NCBI RefSeq assembly: GCF_009914755.1
Contig: NC_060928.1
DNA from: the human T2T-CHM13v2.0 reference genome, Homo sapiens
DNA: 64,000 nucleotides
Strand: one strand, 5' to 3'
The notes under the pieces were generated by a model. It was given only the letters and a program-made list of their open reading frames with translations. It did no database searches and was not told where the DNA came from. Shown one piece after another: positions 40,246 through 52,943 of the stretch. A program made the position numbers and the translations under genes. The stretch's first letter is position 1. Every line of letters begins with the position of its first letter.

Positions 40246-40563
40246 GTTTTCTTTTGTTTTTCTTTTTTGAGACAGTCTTGCTCTGTCGCCCAGGCTGGAG
40301 TGCAGCGGCGCAATCTCGGCTTACCGCAAGCTCCACCTCCCAGGTTCATGCCATTCTCCTGCCCCAGCCTCCTGAGTAGCTGGGACTACAGGCGCCCGCC
40401 ACCACGCCCGGTTAATTTTTTTTTTTTTTTTTTTTTTTGTATTTTTAGTACAGGCGGGGTTTCACCGTGTTAGCCAGGATGGTCTCGATCTCCTGACGTC
40501 GTGATCCTCCTGCCTCGGCCTCCCAAAGTGCTGGATTACAGGCGTGAGCCACCATGCCTGGCT
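40246..40563 (-). mobile_element. AluY with middle linker expanded to T23
   Basis: GCAAGCTCC, GCCATTCTCC and TTAGCCAGGATGGTCTCGATCTCC. TSD TGTCTTTGTGATTTTTT at 40229-40245 and 40564-40580. Confidence 0.96.
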
Positions 40564-41909
40564 TGTCTTTGTGATTTTTTCAGTAAAATAAAAATACAAA
40601 TTTGTGACAATTTTAAACGTCATTCTTATCTTCCAAATATTAACTTCTGACTAGGACATAAAATATTTATATTTGGGCATCCTTCTGCATCCAGCCAGTA
40701 GAGGTTTCTTCATGAATGTGCCTGGAGCAATGCTCTATGAGGCTGATTGGGAAAACTGAGAATTAGAGGAAACTCAGTGAAATTGCAATGTCCAGTTTAA
40801 GTACAATTTAACATAGAGTTTGCTTTGGGACACAGATATAATTTTTTAAAATACCACTTTCAACCTGATTTTCCTAGGCTGATTTGGTTCCCTTATCAAT
40901 TTTTGAAGTCTGGAGAAGCATAAAATAGTGAAATCTCCTTTATCAAGTAAAGAACAGAATGAAAAGTGGAATTCCATTGCTATGCTTTAAATAGAGTATC
41001 TCTTGTTATAATAATGAGATATTTTTGAAGAAGAGTACTCAGCGATGTGAGCTGCAAACTCATCTGTTTGATTTGCAAATACCATTCTTTTTAATGGGAA
41101 AGATTTGAACAAGGTAATTTAAAGCAACAAGAGCACTTTAGATATTTTCATCTAAATTTAAATTTAAATGAAAATTCAGCAGTCATTTCAAACCATAGTT
41201 TTTCATTGTTATTAATGTATTTTGTCAACAGTGTATTATAGATTAACTCAGTGGTGCTTTTTAAAAATAATATTGTTAAGTAAAGCATCTATTTTATTTC
41301 TTCTTCTTCTGATTACATAATGCAAGCCACTTTTGAAAGCTTAACAGAAAATTACAGAAGAGTGTCCAGGCCAAGATAGGGTGAACTAATTCAATTACAA
41401 TAAAAAAGGGATTTAAACTCAGGCTACAACAGTTCTTGCTTTTATTGACTATTTTTCAAACCTTATGAAGATTAGAATCAAATCACTTTTATGCAGGGTT
41501 ATAGACAGAGCTAATAATATCATGACAACTAGTCAAATCAACAGTGGCCATATGAATTGGAATATTAACAAATATAATTAAAATTTTAAGCGCCAAGTCT
41601 CTGAGAGTGAACACTCACAAAATCCAATAGTTCCATAAAAGGAAAATATGTAGCAAATCACATCATTTATGTGTGTGTGTGTGTATACGTCAAGGTTTAA
41701 TATAGCCCAAAAACCAACTGAAGATAACTGCTACTGTTCAACCAAAGCCAGGTTGAGTTTAATAATTTAAAAATTTTAAGAAAAAACAGTAAAGATGCTT
41801 AACATTTTTTAAAAGCATACTTCCGATTATGTCACCATTTTGTTCAAAACCTTTAAGTTCCTATTACTAACATAATAAAAATTAAACACCGTTGTATAAA
41901 TAATATGTT

Positions 41910-42457
41910 GTAAAGTAGTTCTATTTATCTGGTTTGGGTGGACGAAAACCATGTGTAGCACTTGAAAATGCTTGCACGGAGGTGAGATTGACCTCTCAAT
42001 CATTATTAAGTTTTATTTAAGCTGCATTATTTGGCTGGCTCAGTTACTTCCAGGGAAAAGCAGTAGAGAATACATTGAGAGGCTTGGTTTGTGTCTCCTG
42101 GAATTTGTAGGAATAATAATAAAAAAAGAAACCCTGTCTGAATTTCCAGTAAAAAATCCAAAGGCAACACAATGACTTCAGGTGTTCTGATGGCTGAATG
42201 AAGACAGATGGCTATGGAGGAGCAAGTTGTACTCACATAGATGATGGGGAAAGGTGTTTGAGTCTGTTGGCCATGTGTGAACTGTGCAGAAGGAAGCAGG
42301 ACCTGAGTCCTCTTGAAAAGATCTGTGGTCAAGAGGCCAGACTAGAGGGTTGAAGTTTCTCCAGCAGAGAGACTCAGCATGGAGTGGACCACAGAAATCA
42401 GAGTTTGGAAAGGGGAGCTGTGAGTAGCCAGTAAGTGGAGGCATCACCCCAAACTGG
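41910..42457 (+). mobile_element. Possible ancient LTR (LTR78-like) fragment
   Basis: TGTAAAGTA start and purine-rich LTR-like body. Family uncertain. Confidence 0.3.
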
Positions 42458-42878
42458 AACTTTTATTGTCTGATGTAAGCTAGAACTTCTGCTTTACTTT
42501 CATTTAGTATATTTCAAGTTATTTCACTTTCAGTGAAAGTGAAATATGAGTGAAGCCCTTACAGAATACTCAACAATGAAATAATTGAACATAAATGAAA
42601 TAATTCAACATCCTCAACTATATAAGACCTGCCAACCTTTACTACACTACCTGTCTATCCTCTCATTTTCAAAATCACGGGGGAGTAAAAGAAAGCACAC
42701 AAATGAGGGGTAGGAGAGGAAAACAAGAACAAGAAGAAAGTGTAAAATGAATTCCAAAACCAACTAATAAACAAACAAAACCTGATCATATCTACCAGTC
42801 TCCTACCTTTCTCACTACAGGATTTTGAGATTATGAAAGTAAAGCAGAAGTTCTAGCTTACATCAGACAATAAAAGTT
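42458..42878. repeat. Perfect 46-bp inverted repeat with 329-bp spacer
   Basis: 42458-42503 AACTTTTATTGTCTGATGTAAGCTAGAACTTCTGCTTTACTTTCAT is the exact reverse complement of 42833-42878. Confidence 0.97.
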
Positions 42879-43459
42879 TGTTTAGATTAAACCATGTATT
42901 GTTTTGTTGTTTTTTTTTTAAAAAAAAAAAAAACCTGGGAAAATAAAACTAATGAGATGTGAAAGTAAATGAAAATGCTTTGGGATTTATTTGATATGTC
43001 TTCAGGACAGGAGTGTTAAAAAATGGTGCTTAAAAAATGCAATTGCTTCTTGCTTTAAATCCCACAAGTCTAGTTGTTCATTAAAAAATATGGCTACAAG
43101 TTTTTGCTTTCTACATTCTGAGCCCCAAATATATATATATGCCTCTTTCATATAGTTCAGTAAACTTACTCCCAAACTATGCATACATCTTCTGTTAGAA
43201 TGCCATGCTACAGAAAGATTCTTTGATGAGTGCTTAGTCCATAGTAGACCCTTAATAAAAACCAGTTTTATTGCTATGTATTTTAATTATGCCACCCATA
43301 GAGTATATATATGTGTGCATGTATGTACCTATGCATTTAATAAATGTTGAAGAACTGAGTCAATTTAATTAATAACATGGCATGTGCTCATGACTACATG
43401 AGCACAGGGATTATGCAGAATAAATTAGCATAGTTCTTTCCTTGGAGTATGTAATACCA

Positions 43460-43595
43460 GCTATGTGTGTATGTACACATGATATTATATAAATGTATAC
43501 ACATACACACCTGTATATATTTACATGCATATGTATACACATAAAAACATATACATATATATGTTATATGTGTGTGTGTTTCTGTGTGTATACAG
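43460..43595. repeat. (TA)/(CA)/(TG) low-complexity tract
   Basis: Direct reading. Confidence 0.75.
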
Positions 43596-43659
43596 TCTCT
43601 CAACTTTCTATTTGATTTCATTCATCTGTTTATCTAAACATAGAATCTCCTAATTACTG

Positions 43660-44200
43660 CAGTTTATAATGTCTTGACATCTATAGCGTCCCCTTTTCCA
43701 GAAATCTTTGACTAGCTGTGGTCCTTTATCCCCAGAGGCATCTTAGAAACAGTTGGACCACCACACTAGTAATTGTGCAATCAGTTATTTCCCTAAGGAG
43801 CCTGGATTCCTTTTATTGGAGTATAGATATAGAAACCAAGTAAAGATATGTTTATTGCTAAGGGGGTGTCATTACATCTAGCTTCTCAGTGTACAGAGCT
43901 AGGAAATACAGAAAATATGTATGTGTGGTAAAATATGTATGTGCATCCATATCTATTTTCATATTAATCTGTACATTGACTAAAACTTATGTGCTCTTAC
44001 TGATACTTCTGATTCCCATCTAACGCCACAGGGGTCCCTCAAGCCTTCTCTCCTTTCTCGTCTGTTTCTCTGACAATGAGAAACTGGCTTTCATTATCTA
44101 CTATGTATTTACTGATTTACTCAGTCTGGAATACCAATACAGCAACATCAGATTGCTAAAACTCTAAGACAAATATACTAAATGGAGTGCAAAATCGGTG
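43660..44200 (-). mobile_element. L1MC (MC3/MC4 type) 3' UTR fragment
   Basis: AAGGAGCCTGGATTCCTTTTATTGGAG, TAGAAACCAAG, GGGTGTCATT, ACAGAGCTAGGAAATA. Confidence 0.8.
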
Positions 44201-46930
44201 GACTTTTTAAATTTTAGTGTATTTTATTTATAATATATGTTCAATATTTTCTTACAGCCCCCTTTCCTTAACTGAAGAGTGGCTTTCTACCGATATTCTT
44301 TTGCACAAAATGTTCTTTCTAAGCACATCCCTGAATAATAGGAAATCGAATGCAACAGAATAAGTCTAGAAGCTTTAAACTAACATGGAATTTGTAAATC
44401 TTAAACCTGGACATTAAAGACTTAAGGTTAAGTATAAAATCTAGAGTCGTAACAAATCCTATCAGTCGGTATAGCAGAGAATTACTTGATTAACCATGGG
44501 AAATCACAAATGTTCTATTATTTTCAGGACAGAGATGATATTTTATAGGCAGCAAATAAGCAGAATGCTGTTTGAAAATGCACATCTAGCATTAACATAT
44601 AAATTATTTTAAATGTTTAACAGGGGGTAAATGTTTAACGGGATAAATGTTTAACAGTTTAACAGGGGATGTTTAATAGAGCTTAATACACCTATTGAAT
44701 TTGTTGATAGGGATAACAATCACTGCTCTGTGGTACTTGCATAAGACTACACAATTCACGTTAAATTATTGTGAGGACTTATTTTTTCCAGGAAAAAATG
44801 AAACCTGAAAAGTAATACACATTGGTACGTAGAAGCCAAATCAACCAAGAATTAGCAAATATTTTCGTGCATTTTGCACAAGTACTTACATCTGCTAAAA
44901 TTCTCTTTTCTCACTTTTACTCATAACCACCCAGGCCCTATGCTGATATGCCAATGTTTTTATATAAATAAATAAATGCAGAAATGAGGGAAGAAAAAGG
45001 AGCATCTCATTTCTCTCTGGAAAAAAATAAACAACTTAGTAAAATGTCATTTCTAGTGACCTTACTCTTAGGTTTCCTGAAGTTGACTAAAGTCTAATAG
45101 CAACAACATACACAGTGAATCTCCACAGCAAATGGAGGTGTTTTCTTTCCTAAAATAACAGTGTCTCTAGAGGCCATTCTTATCCTCTTACAAGTTATTT
45201 CTTCATGTTTTTACCCCAAGCACTCCATTTACTAAAAAGTAAATCCACATTATACACACTACATAGTTTAATCCCAAATTGGATCTACCTTATCATTGAA
45301 GTAACATGAATATATTTAGTTTTTCACCTGATATGAAAAGGTGTCAGTTCAATTCTTCCTCTCTGATTTCTGTCTTTGACTAGGGCATTATTACAAATTG
45401 CCCTGAGGCATATCTTTCCTTTTAATACCATGTCTCAAATGCAAACTTTCAGCAGGTGGTTATTGTTCAACATTATGTAACCAAAAATAAATGCCACCTA
45501 GTTATTAAACTGTCAGAACATTAAAAGTGAGTAAATCATAACAAAGTTTATAGTGTATAAAGCCATAGCCACAGTCAATTTTCTTCAGAGAGGCCCAGAA
45601 TATACACAGAGAACTAAAGGACAAAACCTGAGAGAAAAAAAAAAATGTATTGTCTTCGGATATTTGAACTAATGTTGTGAAGGGTAAGCATATCCCTGCC
45701 TCCACAAAACTGGTAGCTATACAGAATTTTTCTTGTGCTGACCGGCTTTTGATTACTTGATATGTGAGTCAGATAAGGAAATATTTCTAACTATTAAAAT
45801 TTATTTTTTTGATGAGTAGGCTCTCTAATAACAGGCAACCACAATCCAATATGTAATTTTAATTTGAAGTCATCCCAGATATACACTTGTAAATGTTTTA
45901 TTTTAATAGCCTTACATAAGTTTCAATCACAAGTAAAGCATATAGTGTTTTATTTATGAAATAGTACAATGTTAGTTTATTCCCCCCGACCACATTATTG
46001 ACCCATGTCATCCTTAGCTGCAGAATAAATTATTTTCTAGATTGTGTATAAGTATACACTTTCATTACAATTCCACTTGTGACAAAGATAACAGAAATAT
46101 TTGTATATTAATTCAAACTGGATTTTGTTGAGTTAATGTAATGCACTATTGAGCTTTCATTGCAAATCAAAGAAACATAGGAATGGAGCCCATGAAAGAA
46201 AAAAAAAAGATGTTTTGTATAATATGTTTATAATATCCTTAAAGATGTTCATAAAATCATGAAGTAAGGTTGCAAATTTCAGGGCTGTTAAAGCAAAAGT
46301 AGCATGGCATTGAGTAGCCTAAGTGTCTTTCCTTCCACAAAATAAATAGGGATTTGTATAAAACTCTGCATATCCATGGAAAACATCTTGCCATGACTTG
46401 GAGCTTCATTTATTTTGGACTCAATAAGGCCAATGGAGATTGTCAACAAGTGCTGAAGTAATATATTTCTACTCCATCTGACTATTTAAGAAGACAACAA
46501 AGTTGGGCATTTCCAGTTGAAACAATTAACCACCAATAATCTGAGCTAACTTCTATAATAGGTTCTAGTGCTTATTTCTGCCTAACCATAACTGTTGGTG
46601 GATCCCCAACTCCTATCAACTTCCTATCCGAAGCAATCAACTTCAGAGGTGATAATATTCATTACCAACAAGTCTTGCTGATATGTTAACTGTCCATACT
46701 TTTCTTAGTATAGAATGATTTGATTGGTGATAATTGTCATCCTCTTATCTTGCAAATTTATCTTAATAATGAATGGGACAATATTTGGCAGCTTTCTGTT
46801 TCTCAATTGACTTCCAGACACAAAAGTAGGCTATAGAAAGTGTCAATCCATATATGTAACTATTCCATTTGCTGCCAAAAAAATAGTAATTGTATTAAGC
46901 TATATTTTAAACCATAAAATTTCAGATTTA

Positions 46931-47001
46931 TTAGAATGGTACAAAAATAATTGTGGTTTTTGCCATTTAAAGTAATGGCAATTACTTTTGCACCAACCTA
47001 A
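46931..47001. mobile_element. MADE1 (Hsmar1-derived MITE) with 9-bp deletion in one arm
   Basis: TA|TTAGAATGGTACAAAAATAATTGTGGTTTTTGCCATT...ATTACTTTTGCACCAACCTAA|TA. Confidence 0.92.
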
Positions 47002-48215
47002 TAATATCATTTCCTAGTGAAAATTAAATTCACTCCATTCTTTTGCTTATGATCGTGAAGGAACCTATGATCTGCATATGTTAGAATGAATGGGAAAACA
47101 CAAGCTTTTTATATTTCCTTATCCTGATCTCACTTAAAATGAAAATGGTTCATACAGATAAAAAAGAGAAGCCCAGGCGAAATACAAAAGAATGACAAGA
47201 AAGAGATATATCTGAAACTGATTTCTAGACTTCATGTATTACTGTATATCCTTTCAGGGAATAACCTAGCATTTATTTGCTAGTAACAAAACTGTTACTA
47301 TTCCCGTCATTTAATAGCTCTTAACTCCACTGTCAACAAACACAGTGTAGCTGATATTCCACAATTAAAAAGAAAAGAAAAGAAAAAAAGAAAGGAAAGA
47401 GTCAATATCAAACATTTGGATTCAGTGTCATTATTTCATCTCCACGTTCCTTTGGTAATAGGATACCTAGTTTGTCTCTTTTTTAACATGTATTTAACAT
47501 ATTTATTTTAAAACATACAATACCGTTAAAGAAAAATGCACATATTGGTTTTTTTGAAGATTGTTTTCATTACTGGGCACAGAGCAGATTTGTGAGGTGG
47601 GTCTTTAGGGAATGCAGAAGGAAGATTTTGAGTACTTGGAACCCTTCAGTACTCCTTTTCAGTACTCCACTGTGAGAAGCATCACCTAGACAGATAACTT
47701 TGGAATAAATGTTCCAAGTTATGTAAAGAGTCATTGATGGATAACAGGTCAAATAGATTTAGGAAACTCTGAGGCCATCAAAGGCAAACAAGTTTTTTTC
47801 ATTTAGAACTCCCCAAATGTGAGGATGGAAGGGAACACTGCATGGAAGGAAATGCAGAGCAACCAGTGAAAAATGTGACCTAAGGGAAGTGTGGGCATCA
47901 GTCAAGCTTGGGGTTTTAGATCTGTCATGCAGCATATTAACTTCAATACAGATTTTTCTCTATTCAAACTTCTAATTAATAAAATTTGACAATTATACCC
48001 ACCTTTTGGGAGTATATTTAATTTCTAACAAATAAGAATGAGGTTTTTTTACATATATTAAGCAGTACCATCAGAAAAAGAATAAACATGTTTTTTCTCT
48101 TTTTTCACTTTATAATGTTGGTGCCCAGTGCCTAAGAGTACACAATGGGTCTAAGTAATTGTTTCAATGAAGTAAATGAATAAAGTGAGAAAACACTATT
48201 AAAAATCTATGCAAT

Positions 48216-48515
48216 GGCCAGATGCAGTGGCTCACACCCTTAATTCCAGTATTTTGGGAGGCCAAGGTGGGTAGATCACTTGAGCCCAGGAGTTATAAAC
48301 CAGCCTGGGCAATATGGCAAAACCCTGTCTCTATAAAAAAAAAAGCAAACATTAGCTAGGTATGGTGGCACATTCCTGTAGACCCAGCTACTAGGGATGC
48401 TGAGGAGGGAGGATTGCTTGAGCCTGGGAGGTGAAGGTCGAAGTGAGCAGAGATCTTGCCACTGCCCTCCAGACTAGATGACAGAGTGAGACCCTGTCTC
48501 AAAAAAAAAAAAAAA
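48216..48515 (+). mobile_element. AluJ
   Basis: CACTTGAGCCCAGGAG and GGAGGATTGCTTGAGCC. Imperfect TSD AAAAAT(C)TATGCA. Confidence 0.93.
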
Positions 48516-48679
48516 TTATGCAGAATCTGTTATCTCAACTAATATATGTTGTAGGTTTCAACGTTGTTTTCCTTTGTGTTTTGTTTTGTTTTTGAGACAG
48601 GATAGATTTTGAAGTCAGAAATACTGTAAAACTATAATAATGTGTTTTAACTTTCCTGCTTCTTGAAATTCTTACATTT

Positions 48680-48990
48680 ATTTATTTATTTATTTATTCA
48701 ACAACCATTAATTCAATGCTGACTGTGTAAGATACTTTGCTGATAATAGAAAACTTTGTACAAAAATGAAAAAAGACAAAGCTTTGCTGTCAACTCCAGT
48801 ATAATGGAAAAGAATAACATATAAACAATTGTTTATAAACATGGTAAAAAGGCTAACTTATTCATTAAGTGTTTACTAAGGACTCCCACTGTTCCAGACC
48901 CTGCACCAAGAACTGATGAGGTAAAGATGAAAAAACAACTAAAACTTGCGATGTGCTTTGCACAAGAAAAGCAGAAATCTTTGAGGAGGG
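48680..48990 (-). mobile_element. L2 3'-end fragments
   Basis: ATTTATTCAACAACCATT and TTCATTAAGTGTTTACTAAGGACTCCCACTGTTCCAGACCCTGCAC. Confidence 0.6.
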
Positions 48991-50171
48991 AAACAGGTAA
49001 TGCAAAGATCACAAACAGCAAATTCATAAAAGCAGGTCCGTCATTTCAGAAAACATCTATCACCGCATACCGGGAGTCCAGCAGGAAAGAAGAAAACTGT
49101 GCCTGCAATTATTGACTACAGAGTACAAGGCAAATAGTGAGACTTCAAAAATATTGTCTTATAAGTGGATAAATGATGATATGAAAAAATCCTTTTAAGA
49201 AGCTGAAAGTGGAAGGGGTTTAGATGGGAAAGATATTTTTCAATTTTCACTTTGCTTTTCTTTTTGAGGAAAAAATTCATATACTTTAAAAGTCCATTCT
49301 CAATTATATGTTTAATATCTATCAGAATACATTATAATGAGAAAAATTAATTCTGAGTTGCCAAATTTGTTATAAAATGGTATCTATTATATACATGTTT
49401 TTCTAAGTGAAAAATAGATTAAAGAATACCTAGGGATAAAGAAAATTGAACTGATAGGATTTCTATCAGATGTAATTTATTTTTAAAAATATTGTTGTAT
49501 ACCAGGAAACATCTGTCTAATGAGTCATTTGAAAAATAAGCGTGAGTGTTAAAAAAGGCACAATGGTAAAGTATGTTGCAATCTACCAGGCAAAAAGTGA
49601 TGAATCAAACCTGAGATCAAGGGTAAAAGTAGACGCAATAGAATGGCAGCCTGCTATAGCTGATTCTCTTTATTTTTCATCTGCAATTGTCATTTAAAGC
49701 TGAAACTAATATATAATGGTGCAGAATTTCTCACAGAAAATATTCTGTAGTCAAAATAATTTCACAATTTTAGTAAGATGCAGAAATTTAAATATCAAAG
49801 AAATTTATTTTCCAGTCTTTCCAAAAGCTTGACTGGAATGGAGTGTTCTTGCCTGAGTGACTAGCAAACCCAAGGGCCTTTCAGGTCACCTTTATCACCT
49901 TGAGTTTAGCATTAAATAGTTGTTTTCCTCATGCTTTCAGGAATAACAACTAATTTTTTCAACAACTAAAAGTAGAATCTGTCTTTCCAAAGAAGATCCC
50001 TATTAACTGTGCTCTTAAAATTAACTTATACAACCAAACTGACAATTTATGTACTTACATATGGGAATTATTGCCACAGATTCAGACTACTAGACTGATA
50101 TCAGAACTGTGTAGAAAGAAAATGTTATGGTAGGAACCCCAGGGAGCAATGGTGGAAGTTAATTGAGTAGC

Positions 50172-50847
50172 TGTGGTAGATTACAATGATGATATCTTTT
50201 CATTATATTTATCTTTAGCCATGTCCTTTGTCATGTTATGTTGCAGTTTCTCAAAGTTAAGGGGTAGAGTATGTTTCCCTAAGTCTGTGCCTATGGTGTC
50301 CTTTCCATTTGTCTTTAATAGGAGATTGAGGCAAAAATGATGGTGTGACAGTTTCAAGCCCAGGCTCAAAAGATATTGCATGTTCTCATTTTATTTAATT
50401 TAGATGTCTAATACAACTTCTAAGCTCTTAGTTCATTAAAAAACTGTCTTTTAAAAAAGTATTCCACTTAGTTCTTCTCCTTGTCTTTCATTCTGTCCCC
50501 CACAAATAGAAACAAATCTATACACATTATAAATACATAGTAAGTGTTAACATCAACTGATTTTTTGCAAGTTAATTTGGTATATACTTTGAGGAATTTT
50601 TACCCTGGATTTTGTTATTTCCTGGTAGATGAAACTGACATGATAATAGGGCAGGCTAGCCTACTAGAGGATGAGTGAGCTGTAGAAAAGAATCGGAGGC
50701 AGCCCAGATCAGCCAACAGATCACTAATCTCAAGTCATATGAAAAAGCCAAGCCAAGATCATCAGATTTGACTTCAAATATGAGAGCCCTAAACTCATTG
50801 TTGTAAGTCACTGAATGGCATGATTGTGGCAATAGTTAACTGACACA
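50172..50847 (+). mobile_element. MLT1H-like LTR split by a 232-bp local duplication
   Basis: TGTGGTAGATTAC start, CAGTTTCAAGCCCAGGCTCAA, resumes GGCTAGCCTACTAGAGGATGAG, ends GCAATAGTTAACTGACACA. Confidence 0.8.
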
Positions 50848-51664
50848 ATATTAAAAAGAATTAGATTAAGCTATACTTAAGACTCCACCCACCCACAGGC
50901 AGGTTTATGATCTCATTCTCTTGCACCTGTCTCAATGCCCTAGTGGCCCTGCAAATACATTAGGACCATGTTGGCTGAAATATCTTCCCACACAGCAATA
51001 TACAATAATGAACATCACAAGCATTTGTTTCTCTAAGTCTTCATCATTCATGCATGTGTATTAATAGATTTGATATATATGTATAAAATTTATGCCATGT
51101 ATATATTTTTAAAGACATAATTATTTGGAGAAAATAAATTATAGACACACACAGACACATCATATGTTTGAAATACGCTAGTATTTTCACCATTTCCTAA
51201 AAATACTATCTATTCTCAAACTATGTTTGTTTCAATCATATTCATGCTTTTCACTAATCTACATTTTATACCCATTATTTTGCCCTTTGAAAAATTTCTT
51301 ACATTCCAACACTCATTTTAAAGTCAACATCCCAATTGAATGTTATTTAACAATTACATAATTCTGCATTTTACAATATTTAACAATTTAGTTGTCTAAT
51401 ATCACTTCTAAGCTCTTAGCTCATTAAAACTGTTGTTCTATCATATTCCACTTTGTTCTTCTACTTGCTTCTCCTTCTGTCCCCCAGCAATAAGAATAAA
51501 TCTATAGACATAGTAAATACATGATAAGTGTTTTTAACCTCAACTTATTTTTACGCGTTAATTTGGCAGATAATTTGAGGAATTTATGCCTTAGATTTTG
51601 TTATTCCCCAGTAGGTTAACCATGTCACTGATTTGAAGCTGATGTTGCCACTGCATTTCACTCA

Positions 51665-52105
51665 TGTATTAATTTCCTAGGATTATCATGAATGTAACAC
51701 CAGCTGGGTGGCTTAAAATAACAAAAACATTATTGTCTCACAGTTTTGTAATCTAGAAGTCTAAAATCAAAAGGCAGCAGGGCAATGCTTCCTGTGAGAC
51801 TCTGGGTAGAATCCCTTTTGCCCCTTCTAAGCTTCTGGTAGTGCCAGTGTGCTTTGGCATTCCTTGCCTTGCAGCTGCAACACTCTAATCTCTGCCTCTG
51901 TTGTCTCATGATGTTCTTCTCCCTGTATGCCTGTGTCTTCTATTTGTATATAGAAATCAGTTATATTGAATTGGTGTCCATGTTAATGACCTCATCTTAA
52001 CTTGATTACATCTGCAAAGGCTCTATTTCCAAATAAGGTCATGTTTACAGGCATTTGGGATTAGGACTTTAAATCATTTTGGGAAATGCAATTCAACCCA
52101 TGACG
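51665..52105 (-). mobile_element. MLT1B/C MaLR LTR
   Basis: TGTATTAATTTCCTAGG, CTGGGTGGCTTAAAA, ATGACCTCATCTTAACTTGATTACATCTGCAAAG, TATTTCCAAATAAGGTCA. Confidence 0.9.
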
Positions 52106-52665
52106 ATACATAAGTCTCAGCTGACTTTTTTTGCCCAACCTAATACTGATAATTACTAAGAACAAATCTTGTGTAACAAAATTCTAGGAAATGTTTTTCT
52201 TTGAAATATAAGGCTAATTTTTTTTCTTTTAGGTCCTAGCAAACTCCACCTATCAAACCAGTGATGGTATTTACAAGCTCGAGAAACCACTAACCAATTA
52301 TATTAAATAGAGAGGGTCCTCGAGCTGGAGAATTGTCAATCGCAGCAGGATGACCATCATTTACATCTTGTCGTACAGGAGGTCTCAAAAGCAGCCATGT
52401 GTCTAGAGCAGTTATTTGATTAAAAACTCACAAACTAATTGCATAGAACTGCCTGTGTAAACTTGTCAATCAAATCTTACAGACAGAATTCTCTAGAAAA
52501 ACACCAATGGACTTAGATAAACAATCTTAGCAATCATACAACCAACTAGTTTGTACATTAAACATTTATCAATTATTTTATGAGCAATCAGTTCACAAAA
52601 TTGATTCATAAGCATAACTTATGTAGAAGATTAGAACACAGCACCCCACAACCAATTCAAAACCA

Positions 52666-52943
52666 CAGTGATGCAATCATAGCTCACTGCAGCCTTTAAC
52701 TTCTGGGCTCAAGTAATCCGCCCACCTCAGCCTTCCGAGTAGGTGGAACTACAGTCAGATGCTAACATGCCCAGCTATTTGAAAAAAAAAAAAATTAGAG
52801 ACAGGCGCTTGCTCTGATGTCCAGGCTGGAGTGCAGTGGTTTGAACATAACTCTCTTCAGCCTTGAGCTCCTGGCCTCAAGGGATCCTCCAGCCTCAGCT
52901 CCCGAGTAACTGAGACTACAGGTACAAGCCACTCTGCCCAGCT
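52666..52943 (-). mobile_element. Two tandem right-arm-type (FRAM/FAM-like) Alu monomers
   Basis: Both halves contain CAGTG...CATA(G/A)CTC...CAGCCTT...CTCAAG...CCTCAGC...CCGAGTA...ACTACAG. Confidence 0.8.

Noticed and set aside
48572-48601. T-rich tail plus TTGAGACAGG, like an Alu 3' end
   Set aside because: Only ~10 informative bases, too short to call
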